64,000 nucleotides of DNA, taken from NCBI GenBank assembly GCA_965199715.1, contig OZ241322.1, positions 73,226 through 137,225 on the forward strand, in the 5' to 3' direction. Below are positions 49,677 through 58,307 of the stretch, piece by piece (position 1 is the first letter of the stretch; each line of letters begins with the position of its first letter). Below the pieces are notes generated by a model. It was not told the DNA's origin. It did no database searches and was given only the letters and a program-made list of their open reading frames with translations. This stretch comes from Vicinamibacteria bacterium (lineage in GTDB: Bacteria > Acidobacteriota > Vicinamibacteria > Marinacidobacterales > Marinacidobacteraceae). Position numbers and translations under genes: made by a program.

Positions 49677-50544
49677 GTGCGCGTCCCGCCCCGACGCGGT
49701 CTCGGCGACGCCGCAGCGATGGCGCCGCTGCCGGGAATTTCGAACGTCGAGCGCTGGTGGAACGAGCCGGAGCTCGCGTCCTGCGGCGGATGCTCGCCGC
49801 GATCCACGCCCACCCGCTCGACTCGGAGGGCGTCCGCGACCTGCTGCTCGTCGCGTTCTGCCGGACGATGATGGGTCTGTCCAACGCCGCGTTCCCCCAC
49901 CAGTCGATGTCCTTCCGGGCGACGAACGGCGCGATGCGGACGCTGTTCGAGCGAAGCGTCGGGGAGCGCCATCGGGAGCGGTTCGAGCGGGATTTCGCGA
50001 CGGTGCTGAAGGGCGCGACCGCTCCGCCCGGGGCCGGGGCGCGGACGGGTCGTCCTGGCGGACGCGCGATCGCCCGAATCCGCGTCCGGGGCCGACCTGC
50101 TCATCGCCTCGCCGCCGACCCGAATCGAATGTCCTACGTGCGGGAGCTTCGGCCCTGCATGTACTGGCTCGGATTCCTCGACAACCCCCGGCAGGCCGGA
50201 GAGCTTGATTGGAAGGCGATCGGCGGAACCTGGGGGGTCGCGACGAGCCGCTTGGCCTCGTGGGAAAGCAGCGGCGACGTCTTCCTGCCGCCGAGCCCGC
50301 CCGGCCTCCTCGGACGGATCGGAAACGGCGGAACCTCCGGCGGCGGTCTGTCGCGTTACGTCGGGAAGTGCTTCGAGGACGTCTGGCGACACATCGCCGC
50401 GACCTCGACCTGGATGCGCCCCGACGCGGACGGGACATGCTGCGCGAGGCCGGCGGGGACGACGTGACCGTGACCGCCATCAGGAAGCGCAACTCGAAGA
50501 AGGAGTTGTTCGAGTTCGCCGTGAGCGGTCGGGTGCCGCGATGA
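49677..50544 (+). pseudogene. Decayed gene of unknown function (at least two frameshifts; possible nucleic-acid-modifying enzyme remnant)
   Basis: Protein-like sequence shifts between frames: frame 0 'MAPLPGISNVERWWNEPELA', then frame 2 'RVLRRMLAAIHAHPLDSEGVRDLLLVAFCRTMMGLSNAAFPHQSMSFRATNG...', then frame 1 '...DMLREAGGDDVTVTAIRKRNSKKELFEFAVSGRVPR'. No single intact ORF. Confidence 0.2.
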
Positions 50545-51075
50545 ACCACCCGTTGGTCGAGGCCCTGCTGATCGTCGCCGTCGCGGTCGGGCTGCTCGGC
50601 TGGGCGACCTGGGAGTTCTTCAAGGAGGTTGCGTCGAACCGCTGACCGCCGCTTCGTCCGTGCGTGGGGCCTCGTCGAGATCGGCCAACGCCACCCGGAC
50701 GAAGGCGTCGGGGAGCGTCCCGGCGTTTGCGCACCGGGCGCGGCGGTGCGTGCCGTCGAGGCTGACCGAACAAGGGACCTGTCCGTCCGAACGACGCCGG
50801 ATGAGTACCGACCGCCGGTGCCCGCCCGGCGCTTGGATCGTGACCTCCCCGTAGTGCGTCGGGTACGTTTCCAGTCGGCAAGGACGCAGTTGGTGCACCA
50901 TCGGCAGCAGTCGCCGGGCGTTCGCCATCGCCCGACCGGAGGGCGCCGGGAATCCTTTCTTCCCGGGCCTCCGCCGGCGCGTCCTCGAGATCGGACAGCG
51001 CCGCTGCCAGATCGGGAGTCTCCACCGCATCCACGTCGGAAAACTAGCGAACCCCCCTTCGGGCATGATTCGGCG

Positions 51076-52440
51076 ATGCGCCCGACCCCGCTCCTCCTCC
51101 TCCTCCTCGCCGCCGCGTGCGGCCCCGCCGCCGTCCCCGAACCGGACCCGTACGGAGTCCCGGGCGCGAAGAAGCGGTTCGAGATCCGGCGCGACGTCGT
51201 CGTCGGCAAGCTGGAGGCGGCGCTCGGGCCGGCGATGCGTGCCCACGGGATCGATCTCTGGCTCGTGCTCGACCGGGAGAACAACTACGACCCGCTCCAT
51301 GAGGAGGTCGGCGGCGGCTTCTCCGGCGTCCGGGGCGCGTACATCTTCCACGACCGGGGCGGGGATCGTCCCGAGCGCATCTACATCGGCTCGCACGAAC
51401 ATCCGGGCAACTCGGTGGTCGGGCAGGCGTTCGACGAGACGCTCTACTACGGCTACCACCCGGACGGGATCACGCCGCACCTGCGGGCGGCTATCGAGTC
51501 GCGGGACCCCGAACGGATCGGCGTGAACACGTCGCACACGCTCCCCGAAGCGGACGGGCTCACCGCGGGTCTCCGGAACTTCCTCGAGGACGCGCTCGGG
51601 CCGGAGTACGCGCCCCGCCTCGTCTCCGCCGAGCTTCTGGTCCGGGACTTCCGCCTCGCGCGCACCGAGGCCGAGACCCGCGCCTACCGAAAGGCGCTCG
51701 AGTGGACCGCGCGCTGGATGACCGAGACGCTGCGGGAGATCGAGCCGGGGGTCACGACCGCCGAGGACGTGGCCTGGCGCCTGCAGGACCGCGCCCGGGA
51801 GCTCGGCCTCACCGGCGGCGGCACGGTCCGGGTGGTCCGGGAAGGGGAGCTGCTCCCGATCCACGATCCGGACGTCGCGCTCCAGCCGGGCGACGTCGTC
51901 GGGATCGACGGCGGGCTCAAGTACCTGCACTTCGCCGTGGACATCAAGCGGACCGCCTATCTCCTGAAACCCGGCGAGACCGAGCTTCCGCCCGCGCTCG
52001 CTTCGGCGTGGGAGGACACGGTTCGCTTCGGCGAGCGCTACGCCTCGATGATGCTTCCGGGAACGGTCGGCCACGAACTCTGGTCGGCGCTGGGCGCCGA
52101 GGCGACGGCCGCCGGATACCGCAGCGTGGGACCCGACGCGGGCGGCGATGCGGTCACGACCACCGACCCCGAGGTCGGCGTGTACGGGCACTCGGTCGGC
52201 AACGTCGCCCACGACATCGGCGCCCGCGTCGCCGACAACCTGCCGTTCGCCTACGGGGACCGCGTGGGCTTCTCGCTCGTCGCCGACGAGTGGGTCTCGA
52301 TCGAGTTCCACATGAGCACGCCCATCCCCGATTGGGGCGGCCGGACGTGGTATGCCCGCTTCGAGGAGACCGCGCAGGTCACGCCGGAGGGCGCCGAGTG
52401 GCTCATCCCGTTCCAGCGCGAGATCCTCCTCGTACCGTGA
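51076..52440 (+). CDS. Lipoprotein M24-family metallopeptidase (creatinase/prolidase fold)
   Basis: 'MRPTPLLLLLLAAACGP' lipobox. Pita-bread-fold region 'GDVVGIDGGLKYLHFAVDIKRTAYL...GHSVGNVAHDIG'. ATG 51076 verified. Confidence 0.7.
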   Translation: MRPTPLLLLLLAAACGPAAVPEPDPYGVPGAKKRFEIRRDVVVGKLEAALGPAMRAHGIDLWLVLDRENNYDPLHEEVGGGFSGVRGAYIFHDRGGDRPERIYIGSHEHPGNSVVGQAFDETLYYGYHPDGITPHLRAAIESRDPERIGVNTSHTLPEADGLTAGLRNFLEDALGPEYAPRLVSAELLVRDFRLARTEAETRAYRKALEWTARWMTETLREIEPGVTTAEDVAWRLQDRARELGLTGGGTVRVVREGELLPIHDPDVALQPGDVVGIDGGLKYLHFAVDIKRTAYLLKPGETELPPALASAWEDTVRFGERYASMMLPGTVGHELWSALGAEATAAGYRSVGPDAGGDAVTTTDPEVGVYGHSVGNVAHDIGARVADNLPFAYGDRVGFSLVADEWVSIEFHMSTPIPDWGGRTWYARFEETAQVTPEGAEWLIPFQREILLVP

Positions 52441-53480
52441 AGCCGGTCGGCTTCGGCCTGATCGGGACCGGCATGGCCGGGGGCTTCCACGCCGACGAGC
52501 TGCGCCACGTTCCGAACGGCTTCCTCGCCGCGGTCTGTTCGCGCAACGCGGAGAACGCCCGCCGCTTCGCCGAGGCCCACGGCGCCGCTCGCTGGCACAC
52601 CGACTACCGGGCGCTCCTCGACGACCCCGCGGTCGAGGTCGCGGCCGTCCTGAGTCCGACCGGCCTCCACGCCGAGATGGCCCTCGCCGCCGCCGAGCGC
52701 GGCAAGCACGTACTCGTCGAGAAGCCGCTCGAGGCCACCGTCGAGGCGGGCGAGCGCCTCGTCCGGGGCTGCCGCGAGCGGGAGGCGCTCGTCGGGGTCA
52801 TCTTCCAGATGCGCTTCGGGCGCGTCGCCCGGATGCTGCGGGCGCTCATCGGAAGCGGCGGGCTCGGCGAGATCTGGATGGCCGACGCCTTCGACAAGGC
52901 CAGCCGCCCGCCGTCGTACTACCGGCGCGCCGCGTGGCGGGGGACCGAGGCGCTCGAGGGCGGCGGCTGCCTGATGACCCAGTCGATCCACATCGCGGAC
53001 CTCCTCCAGCACCTCGTCGGGCCGGTGGCCTCGGTGGTCGGGCGCACCGCCACCCGCCGCCACGACGTCGAGGTCGAGGACATGGCTGCGGCGCTGCTGC
53101 GGTTCGGGTCGGGCGCGATGGGCGTGCTGGAGAGCACGACGGCGATTCGGCCGGCGCTGCGCTCGCGGATCGAGATCCACGGCGAGCGGGGAACCGTCGT
53201 CGCGAACGCCCAATACGACCAGTTCCTAGTCTGGAACGTCGAGGGCGTTCCCGGGCCGCCCGGCGTTCCCGAGAGCGACGCGCTGGAGGACACCGACGAC
53301 CCGTGGGCCTATCCGCAGACCCGCCACCGAGTCCAGCTCCAGGACATGGCCCAGGCGGTGCGCGACGGGCGCGAACCGATCCTCAACGGCGAGGAGGCGC
53401 TCAAGTCGCTGCGCCTCGTGCAGGCGATCCGGGAGTCGGCGCGCGCCGGACGCGAGGTCTTCCTTCCGGGCCTAAACTAG
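52437..53480 (+). CDS. Gfo/Idh/MocA-family NAD(P)-dependent oxidoreductase
   Basis: GTG 52437 (GTGA overlap). 'VGFGLIGTGMAGGFHADEL' Rossmann start, 'KHVLVEKPLE' consensus. Confidence 0.8.
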   Translation: MKPVGFGLIGTGMAGGFHADELRHVPNGFLAAVCSRNAENARRFAEAHGAARWHTDYRALLDDPAVEVAAVLSPTGLHAEMALAAAERGKHVLVEKPLEATVEAGERLVRGCREREALVGVIFQMRFGRVARMLRALIGSGGLGEIWMADAFDKASRPPSYYRRAAWRGTEALEGGGCLMTQSIHIADLLQHLVGPVASVVGRTATRRHDVEVEDMAAALLRFGSGAMGVLESTTAIRPALRSRIEIHGERGTVVANAQYDQFLVWNVEGVPGPPGVPESDALEDTDDPWAYPQTRHRVQLQDMAQAVRDGREPILNGEEALKSLRLVQAIRESARAGREVFLPGLN

Positions 53481-53499
53481 CGGCGCGGAGGTTCTACTG

Positions 53500-54825
53500 A
53501 TGCGTTTTCTCGTTCTCGTCGCCGCGGCCGCCCTCCTTCTCGGGGCCGCTTCCGAAGACTGGCCCCACTGGCGGGGGCCCAACCACGACGGCGTGAGCGA
53601 CGAGGTCGGCTTGCCGGTGTCGTGGGACACCGAGGACGGCGTGGTCTGGAAGGCCGAAATGCCGGCGTGGAGCGGCTCCACGCCGATCATCGCCGGCGAC
53701 CGCATCTTCCTCAACGTCTCGGTTCCGGACGACGACGCGGGCGTGCCCGCAAACCCGTCGGGACGCCGCCCGAGGCGCCAGACCGGAGCCGGCAACGCGA
53801 CGTACAGCGGGACGATCGAGCTCTGGGCGCTCTCCCGGACCGACGGCTCGCTCCTGTGGAAGCGGCCGCTGAGCGACCGCGACTACCGGGGCCGCAAGAA
53901 CAACATGTCGTCGCCCTCGCCGGTGACCGACTCCGAACGGGTCATCAGCCTCACCGGAACCGGGATCCTGAAGTCGTTCGACCACGACGGCGGCGAGCTC
54001 TGGTCGCGCGACATCCAGGCCGACTACGGCGACTTCGGGCTGAACTGGGGCTACGCGAGCAGCCCGCTTCTCGTCGGCGACGCGCTGTTCGTGCAGGTGC
54101 TCCACGGCATGAAGACGGACGATCCCTCCTACGTGATGCGGCTCGACGTCGGAACCGGCGAGACCGAATGGAAGATCGAGCGCCCCACCGACGCGATTCA
54201 CGAGTCCCCCGACTCCTACACGACCCCGTTCGTCCATGAGGTCGAAGGGCGCCGGGAGATCGTCATCACCGGCGGCGACGCGGTCACCGGGCACGACTTC
54301 GACACCGGCGAGGAGCTGTGGCGCTCGGACGGGCTCAACCCCGAGAACAACCGGGCCTACCGGATCGTGGCCTCGCCGGTCGTCAAGGACGGGATCATCT
54401 ACGCGCCCACCCGGGTGAAGCCGCTGCTCGCGATCCGCACTGGCGGCGCCGGCGACATCACGGAAAGCCACCGCCTGTGGTCCTTCGACCGGGGTCCCGA
54501 CGTCCCGAGCCCGGTCACCGACGGCAAGAGCTTCTACGTGGTCACCGACAACGGCGTCATGTACGCGCTCGACGCCCGCACCGGCGAGGTCCAGTGGGGC
54601 CCCGAGCGCATCGCGCCGGGCACCTATAGCGCGTCGCCGATCCTCGCCGAGGGCCGCATCTACATCATCAACGAGGACGGGGTGGCCTCGGTGATCTCGG
54701 TGGAGGACGGCTTCGAGGTGCTCGCGACGAACGACATGGGGGCCTACACCCTGAGCTCGTTCGCGATCTCCGGGGGGCAGCTCTTCGTCCGCACCGCCGA
54801 CGCGCTCTACTGCATCGGCGACTGA
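53500..54825 (+). CDS. Secreted PQQ-like beta-propeller repeat protein, paralog 8 (outlying copy)
   Basis: 'MRFLVLVAAAALLLGAASEDWPHWRGPNHDGV' plus blades. Confidence 0.8.
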   Translation: MRFLVLVAAAALLLGAASEDWPHWRGPNHDGVSDEVGLPVSWDTEDGVVWKAEMPAWSGSTPIIAGDRIFLNVSVPDDDAGVPANPSGRRPRRQTGAGNATYSGTIELWALSRTDGSLLWKRPLSDRDYRGRKNNMSSPSPVTDSERVISLTGTGILKSFDHDGGELWSRDIQADYGDFGLNWGYASSPLLVGDALFVQVLHGMKTDDPSYVMRLDVGTGETEWKIERPTDAIHESPDSYTTPFVHEVEGRREIVITGGDAVTGHDFDTGEELWRSDGLNPENNRAYRIVASPVVKDGIIYAPTRVKPLLAIRTGGAGDITESHRLWSFDRGPDVPSPVTDGKSFYVVTDNGVMYALDARTGEVQWGPERIAPGTYSASPILAEGRIYIINEDGVASVISVEDGFEVLATNDMGAYTLSSFAISGGQLFVRTADALYCIGD

Positions 54826-56699
54826 GCGCGCTTACGGAGGCCGTACGCCGCCAGCAGCAGCAGGATCCCCGCGCCGGCCCAGTTCGGCGCGGCCAGCAGC
54901 GCCCCGGCGTCGGGCGGCCAGAGCAGGAAGACGGTCGCGAGCAGCAGCAGCGCCCGTGAGGCGACCCCGAGCGGGCCGAACAGCCAGCCAGTGAGCCCGG
55001 CGGAGAGCGTCGCCACGACGAGCGCGCCGAGCAGGAACGCCGCGACCGCCCCGGGGACGCCGCGCCCGTCGAGGATCAGCAGCAGCTCCGGCCGCCATAC
55101 GAAGAAGTAGGGCAGCGCGAATCCGGTCAGCGCGAATCGGAAGGCGGTGACCGCCACCGGCAGGATCGGGGCGTTCGCGATTCCCGCCGTCGTGTAGGCG
55201 GCGAGCGCGACCGGCGGGGTCACCATCGAGAGCATCCCGAAGTAGAAGATGAAGAAGTGGATCGACAGCGGCGGCACGCCGAGCTGGCCGATGATCGGGC
55301 CGATTAGAGTGGCCATCAGCAGGTAGCAGACCGCCGACGGCAGGCCCATGCCGAGCACGACCGAGCCGACCATGATGAGCAGCAGCGCCGGCAGCAGGCC
55401 GTCGCCGGCCACCGAGAGGACCGTCGCCGGAAACCGCGTCCCGAGCCCGGTCAGCGTGACCATCCCGAGGATGATCCCGACCGATCCCGCCGCGGCGACG
55501 AGCGGCGCCGCGCCGCCGGCGATCTGGCGCAACCCGTCGAGACCGCGGCTCAGGCTCGGGCGCGTCGAGGGGTGGAGCGCGGCGACGACCGCGACCACGA
55601 CGAGCGCCACGCTCACCGAGCGGAAGACGGTGCGTCCGGCGACGAGCGACGCGAGCAGGCTGAGCAGCCCGGCGGAGAAGACGACCCCGGGCCAGATCGG
55701 TCCGCGCGCTTGTTCGGACGCAGGCGCCTCGGTCTCGCCGAACCGCTCGCGGCGCGCCTCGAGGTGGACCATCGTCAGCAGCGCGAGGTAGTAGAGGATC
55801 GACGGCAGGATCGCTGCCCGCACCACGGTGAGGAAGCTCACCGGCGGGTCCACGAGCTCCAGCATCATGTAGGCGCCCGCGCCCATGACCGGGGGCACGA
55901 GCGCCGCGCCCGAAGCCGCGGCCGCCGTGATCCCGGCGGCGGCCCGGGCGGTGAACCCGGTGCTGCGCATGAGCGGGATCGTCAGCGTGCCGGTGGTGGC
56001 CGCTCCCGCGACCGCGCTTCCCGACAGCGAACCCATGAGCGCGTTCGCGAAGACCGAGACCTTCGCCGCCCCGCCCACGCTTCCGAGGAAGAGCCGCCGC
56101 GCCGAGCGGGTGATGAACCCGGTCGCGCCGGTCTGCTGGAGCGCCGCCCCGAACGCGACGAACAGGAAGACGTACGAGAACATCACCTTCATCGCGATCC
56201 CGAAGACGCCCTGGCTTTGCAAGAAGCCCTGCGACGCGATCCGGCTCAGCGAGTACCCCCGGTGCGGGAACAGGAGGTCCGGCATGTGGGGCCCGAGGAT
56301 CGCGTGGACGAGGAAGAGGCCGGTCAGGATCGGCAGCGCCGGCCCGAGCGCCCGCCACGTCGCGAGCAGCGCCGCGCCGATCCCGAGCGTCCCGAACGCG
56401 AGGTCCATCGGGGTCTCGGCCCCCGCCCGCGCGCCGAGCGTGGTCGGCCCGAGCGCGCTCCACCAGAAGACGTAGCCCGCGGCCGCCGCCGAGGCGGCGA
56501 TTCCGGCGACGTCGAGGAGCCGCAGCCAGAGCGGGTCGCCGTCCTTCCCCTTGGCGAGGAAGCACAGCGGCAGCCCGAGCAGCGCGAAGACGGCGAGCTG
56601 CGCCTGCGGCGCGAGCGAGGGCCGGTTGACCTCGACGAGGACGAACCCGGTCAGCAGAAGCGCGAGCGCCGGGATCCCGAACCGGCGCGCGGAGCTCAG
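54807..56699 (-). CDS. TAXI-type TRAP transporter fused permease (4TM DctQ-like + 12TM DctM-like)
   Basis: The DctM-like body runs from the ATG at 56408. The same frame stays open and TM-rich upstream ('LLSSARRFGIPALALLLTGFVLVEV...'), but has no ATG/GTG/TTG. The first in-frame codon after the SBP stop is CTG (CTGA overlap at 56696-56699). The 5' end is therefore uncertain; the minimal ORF is 54807..56408. Confidence 0.6.
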   Translation of the reverse strand: MSSARRFGIPALALLLTGFVLVEVNRPSLAPQAQLAVFALLGLPLCFLAKGKDGDPLWLRLLDVAGIAASAAAAGYVFWWSALGPTTLGARAGAETPMDLAFGTLGIGAALLATWRALGPALPILTGLFLVHAILGPHMPDLLFPHRGYSLSRIASQGFLQSQGVFGIAMKVMFSYVFLFVAFGAALQQTGATGFITRSARRLFLGSVGGAAKVSVFANALMGSLSGSAVAGAATTGTLTIPLMRSTGFTARAAAGITAAAASGAALVPPVMGAGAYMMLELVDPPVSFLTVVRAAILPSILYYLALLTMVHLEARRERFGETEAPASEQARGPIWPGVVFSAGLLSLLASLVAGRTVFRSVSVALVVVAVVAALHPSTRPSLSRGLDGLRQIAGGAAPLVAAAGSVGIILGMVTLTGLGTRFPATVLSVAGDGLLPALLLIMVGSVVLGMGLPSAVCYLLMATLIGPIIGQLGVPPLSIHFFIFYFGMLSMVTPPVALAAYTTAGIANAPILPVAVTAFRFALTGFALPYFFVWRPELLLILDGRGVPGAVAAFLLGALVVATLSAGLTGWLFGPLGVASRALLLLATVFLLWPPDAGALLAAPNWAGAGILLLLAAYGLRKRAQSPMQ

Positions 56700-57658
56700 G
56701 AGCCCGGCCAGATCCCGGCTTCCCGGTAGTACCGCTCCGCCCCCGGATGGAAGGGGACGCCGGTGCTGCGCACGGCGTTGTCAGCGCGGATGGAGCGCCC
56801 CGCCGGATGCTTGGTCGCGACGTCCTCGCGGGCCTCCCACAGCGTCCGGGTGATCCGGTAGATCAGCTCGGGATCCGCGTCGGCGCGGGTGATGAGGTGC
56901 ATGGATCCCACGTCGAGTCCGAGGTAGTCCTCGTCCTGGTTCCGGTAGGTCCCCGCCGGGACCACCGCGGGCCGGTAGAACGGGTACTCGTCGGGAAGCG
57001 CGTCCCGGACCGCGGGATCGAGCGGCACGAGGCGGACGTCCATTCCCGAGGCGGCCTGCACGATCGAGGCGGTGGGGACCGCGCCGCCGAGGAAGGCGGC
57101 CTGGGCGGAGCCGTCGGTGAGCATGTCCACCGCGCCCGCCTGGGTGTTGTACAGCGGCACGAAGTCCTGGTAGCCGACCCCGTGCGCCTCGACGATCGGG
57201 CGGATGAAGTGCTCGAACCCGGCGCCGGCCACGCCGACCACGACCCGCCGCCCGGCGAGGTCGGAGAGCCCCGCGATCCCGTGGCGGACCGGCGCGACGA
57301 AGGTCGCCACGTTCGGGGCGAGGGTCATGACCGCCTGCACCGGATACGCCTGGCCCCAGCCGTCCTCGCCGCGCGACGCGAAGTAGGTGACAGCGGCGTT
57401 CGAGAGCGCCAGATCCAGCTCGCCCCGGCTGAGGCGGCGGATGTTCTCGCCCGAGCCCTTGGTCGCCTCGGCGGTGATCTCGAACTCGCCGGACTCCTGG
57501 AGCACCTCGGCGAGCGCCCCCGCGACCACGAAGAACGCCCCGCCGGGAGGGGCGCCGCCGAGGCTCAGGAAGCGGTTCGTCGAGTCCCCGCCGACTCCGC
57601 AACTCGCGGCCAGAAGCAGGAGGGCGGGGGCGATTCGGGTCATGCGCCCCGGAAGCAT
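56696..57658 (-). CDS. TAXI-family TRAP transporter solute-binding protein (lipoprotein)
   Basis: 'MTRIAPALLLLAASCG' lipobox. 'FFVVAGALAEV...TKGSGENIRRLSRGELDLAL' is typical of TAXI/Imp receptors. Confidence 0.8.
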   Translation of the reverse strand: MLPGRMTRIAPALLLLAASCGVGGDSTNRFLSLGGAPPGGAFFVVAGALAEVLQESGEFEITAEATKGSGENIRRLSRGELDLALSNAAVTYFASRGEDGWGQAYPVQAVMTLAPNVATFVAPVRHGIAGLSDLAGRRVVVGVAGAGFEHFIRPIVEAHGVGYQDFVPLYNTQAGAVDMLTDGSAQAAFLGGAVPTASIVQAASGMDVRLVPLDPAVRDALPDEYPFYRPAVVPAGTYRNQDEDYLGLDVGSMHLITRADADPELIYRITRTLWEAREDVATKHPAGRSIRADNAVRSTGVPFHPGAERYYREAGIWPGS

Positions 57659-57674
57659 ATAAACTCACAATGAC

Positions 57675-58307
57675 GTGCTTCTGCGCCAGTCGGACCAGGA
57701 CGCCATTCGCAAGCTGCTCGCCCAGCTTCCGGGGCCGGTGACCCTCACGCTGCGAACGATCCGCGAGGGCGAGTGCCGCTCCTGCCCGACGACCGAGCAG
57801 TTGCTGCAGGAGGTCGCGGAGCTCTCCCCGAACGTCCGCGTCGAGATCGAGGAGGCGGAGGCGCCCGAGGAGCCGGCCCCGGTCATCACGCTCACCGGCG
57901 CCGCCGCCGGCCGGGTCCGCTTCCTCGGGCTGCCCGAGGGGCACGAGTTCGCTTCGCTCCTCGACGCGATGCGGCGGGTCGCGGGCGAGCCGCTCACGCT
58001 CGGCGACGCGACGAGGGACGCGCTCGCCGGACTCCGGCGGCCGGCGCACGTCCGCGTCTTCGCCACCCCCAATTGACCGTATTGCCCCCCGGCGGCCGGT
58101 CTGGCCGTCCAGTTCGCGGTCGCGAGCGAGAAGGTCTCGACCGACGTGGTGCTGGCGCGGGACTACCCGGGGCTGGCCCGGCGGTATCGGCTCAGTTCGG
58201 TGCCGCTGACCGTGATCGAGTCGGAGGGAGCCTCGCGCAGCGTCCTCGGCGCGCGGCCGGAGGCGGACTTCCGCGACGCCCTGCTGGAGGCCGACGGCGA
58301 TGCCTGA
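57675..58307 (+). CDS. Candidate selenoprotein: two-domain glutaredoxin-like / protein-disulfide-oxidoreductase-like thioredoxin-fold protein with in-frame UGA (Sec) at 58074..58076
   Basis: Unit 1 has 'CRSCP' and 'RVRFLGLPEGHEFASLLDAM'. Unit 2 reads 'HVRVFATPN-TGA-PYCPPAAGLAVQFAV...RYRLSSVPLTVIE', so the TGA sits exactly where the first Cys of the conserved CPYC motif belongs. The reading frame stays open to TGA 58305-58307. A SECIS-like hairpin lies 14 nt downstream of the UGA. Confidence 0.6.
58091..58109 (+). promoter_or_regulatory. SECIS-like stem-loop (GGCGGCC-GGUCU-GGCCGUC) downstream of in-frame UGA
   Basis: 7-bp stem (one G-U pair) with apical loop GGUCU, starting 14 nt after the UGA. 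The apical GGUCU is about 21 nt from the UGA. In E. coli fdhF the apical GGUCU lies about 18 nt from the UGA. Confidence 0.55.

Noticed and set aside
49644-52311. Minus-strand ORFs 49644..51284, 50480..51034, 50620..52311
   Set aside because: R/P/G/A-rich with no motifs. The plus strand holds the M24 peptidase, and the decayed locus is better explained on the plus strand.
54832-56565. 577-aa minus ORF overlapping the TRAP permease in another frame
   Set aside because: Arg/Gly-rich. The adjacent frame is a clear multi-TM DctM-like permease.
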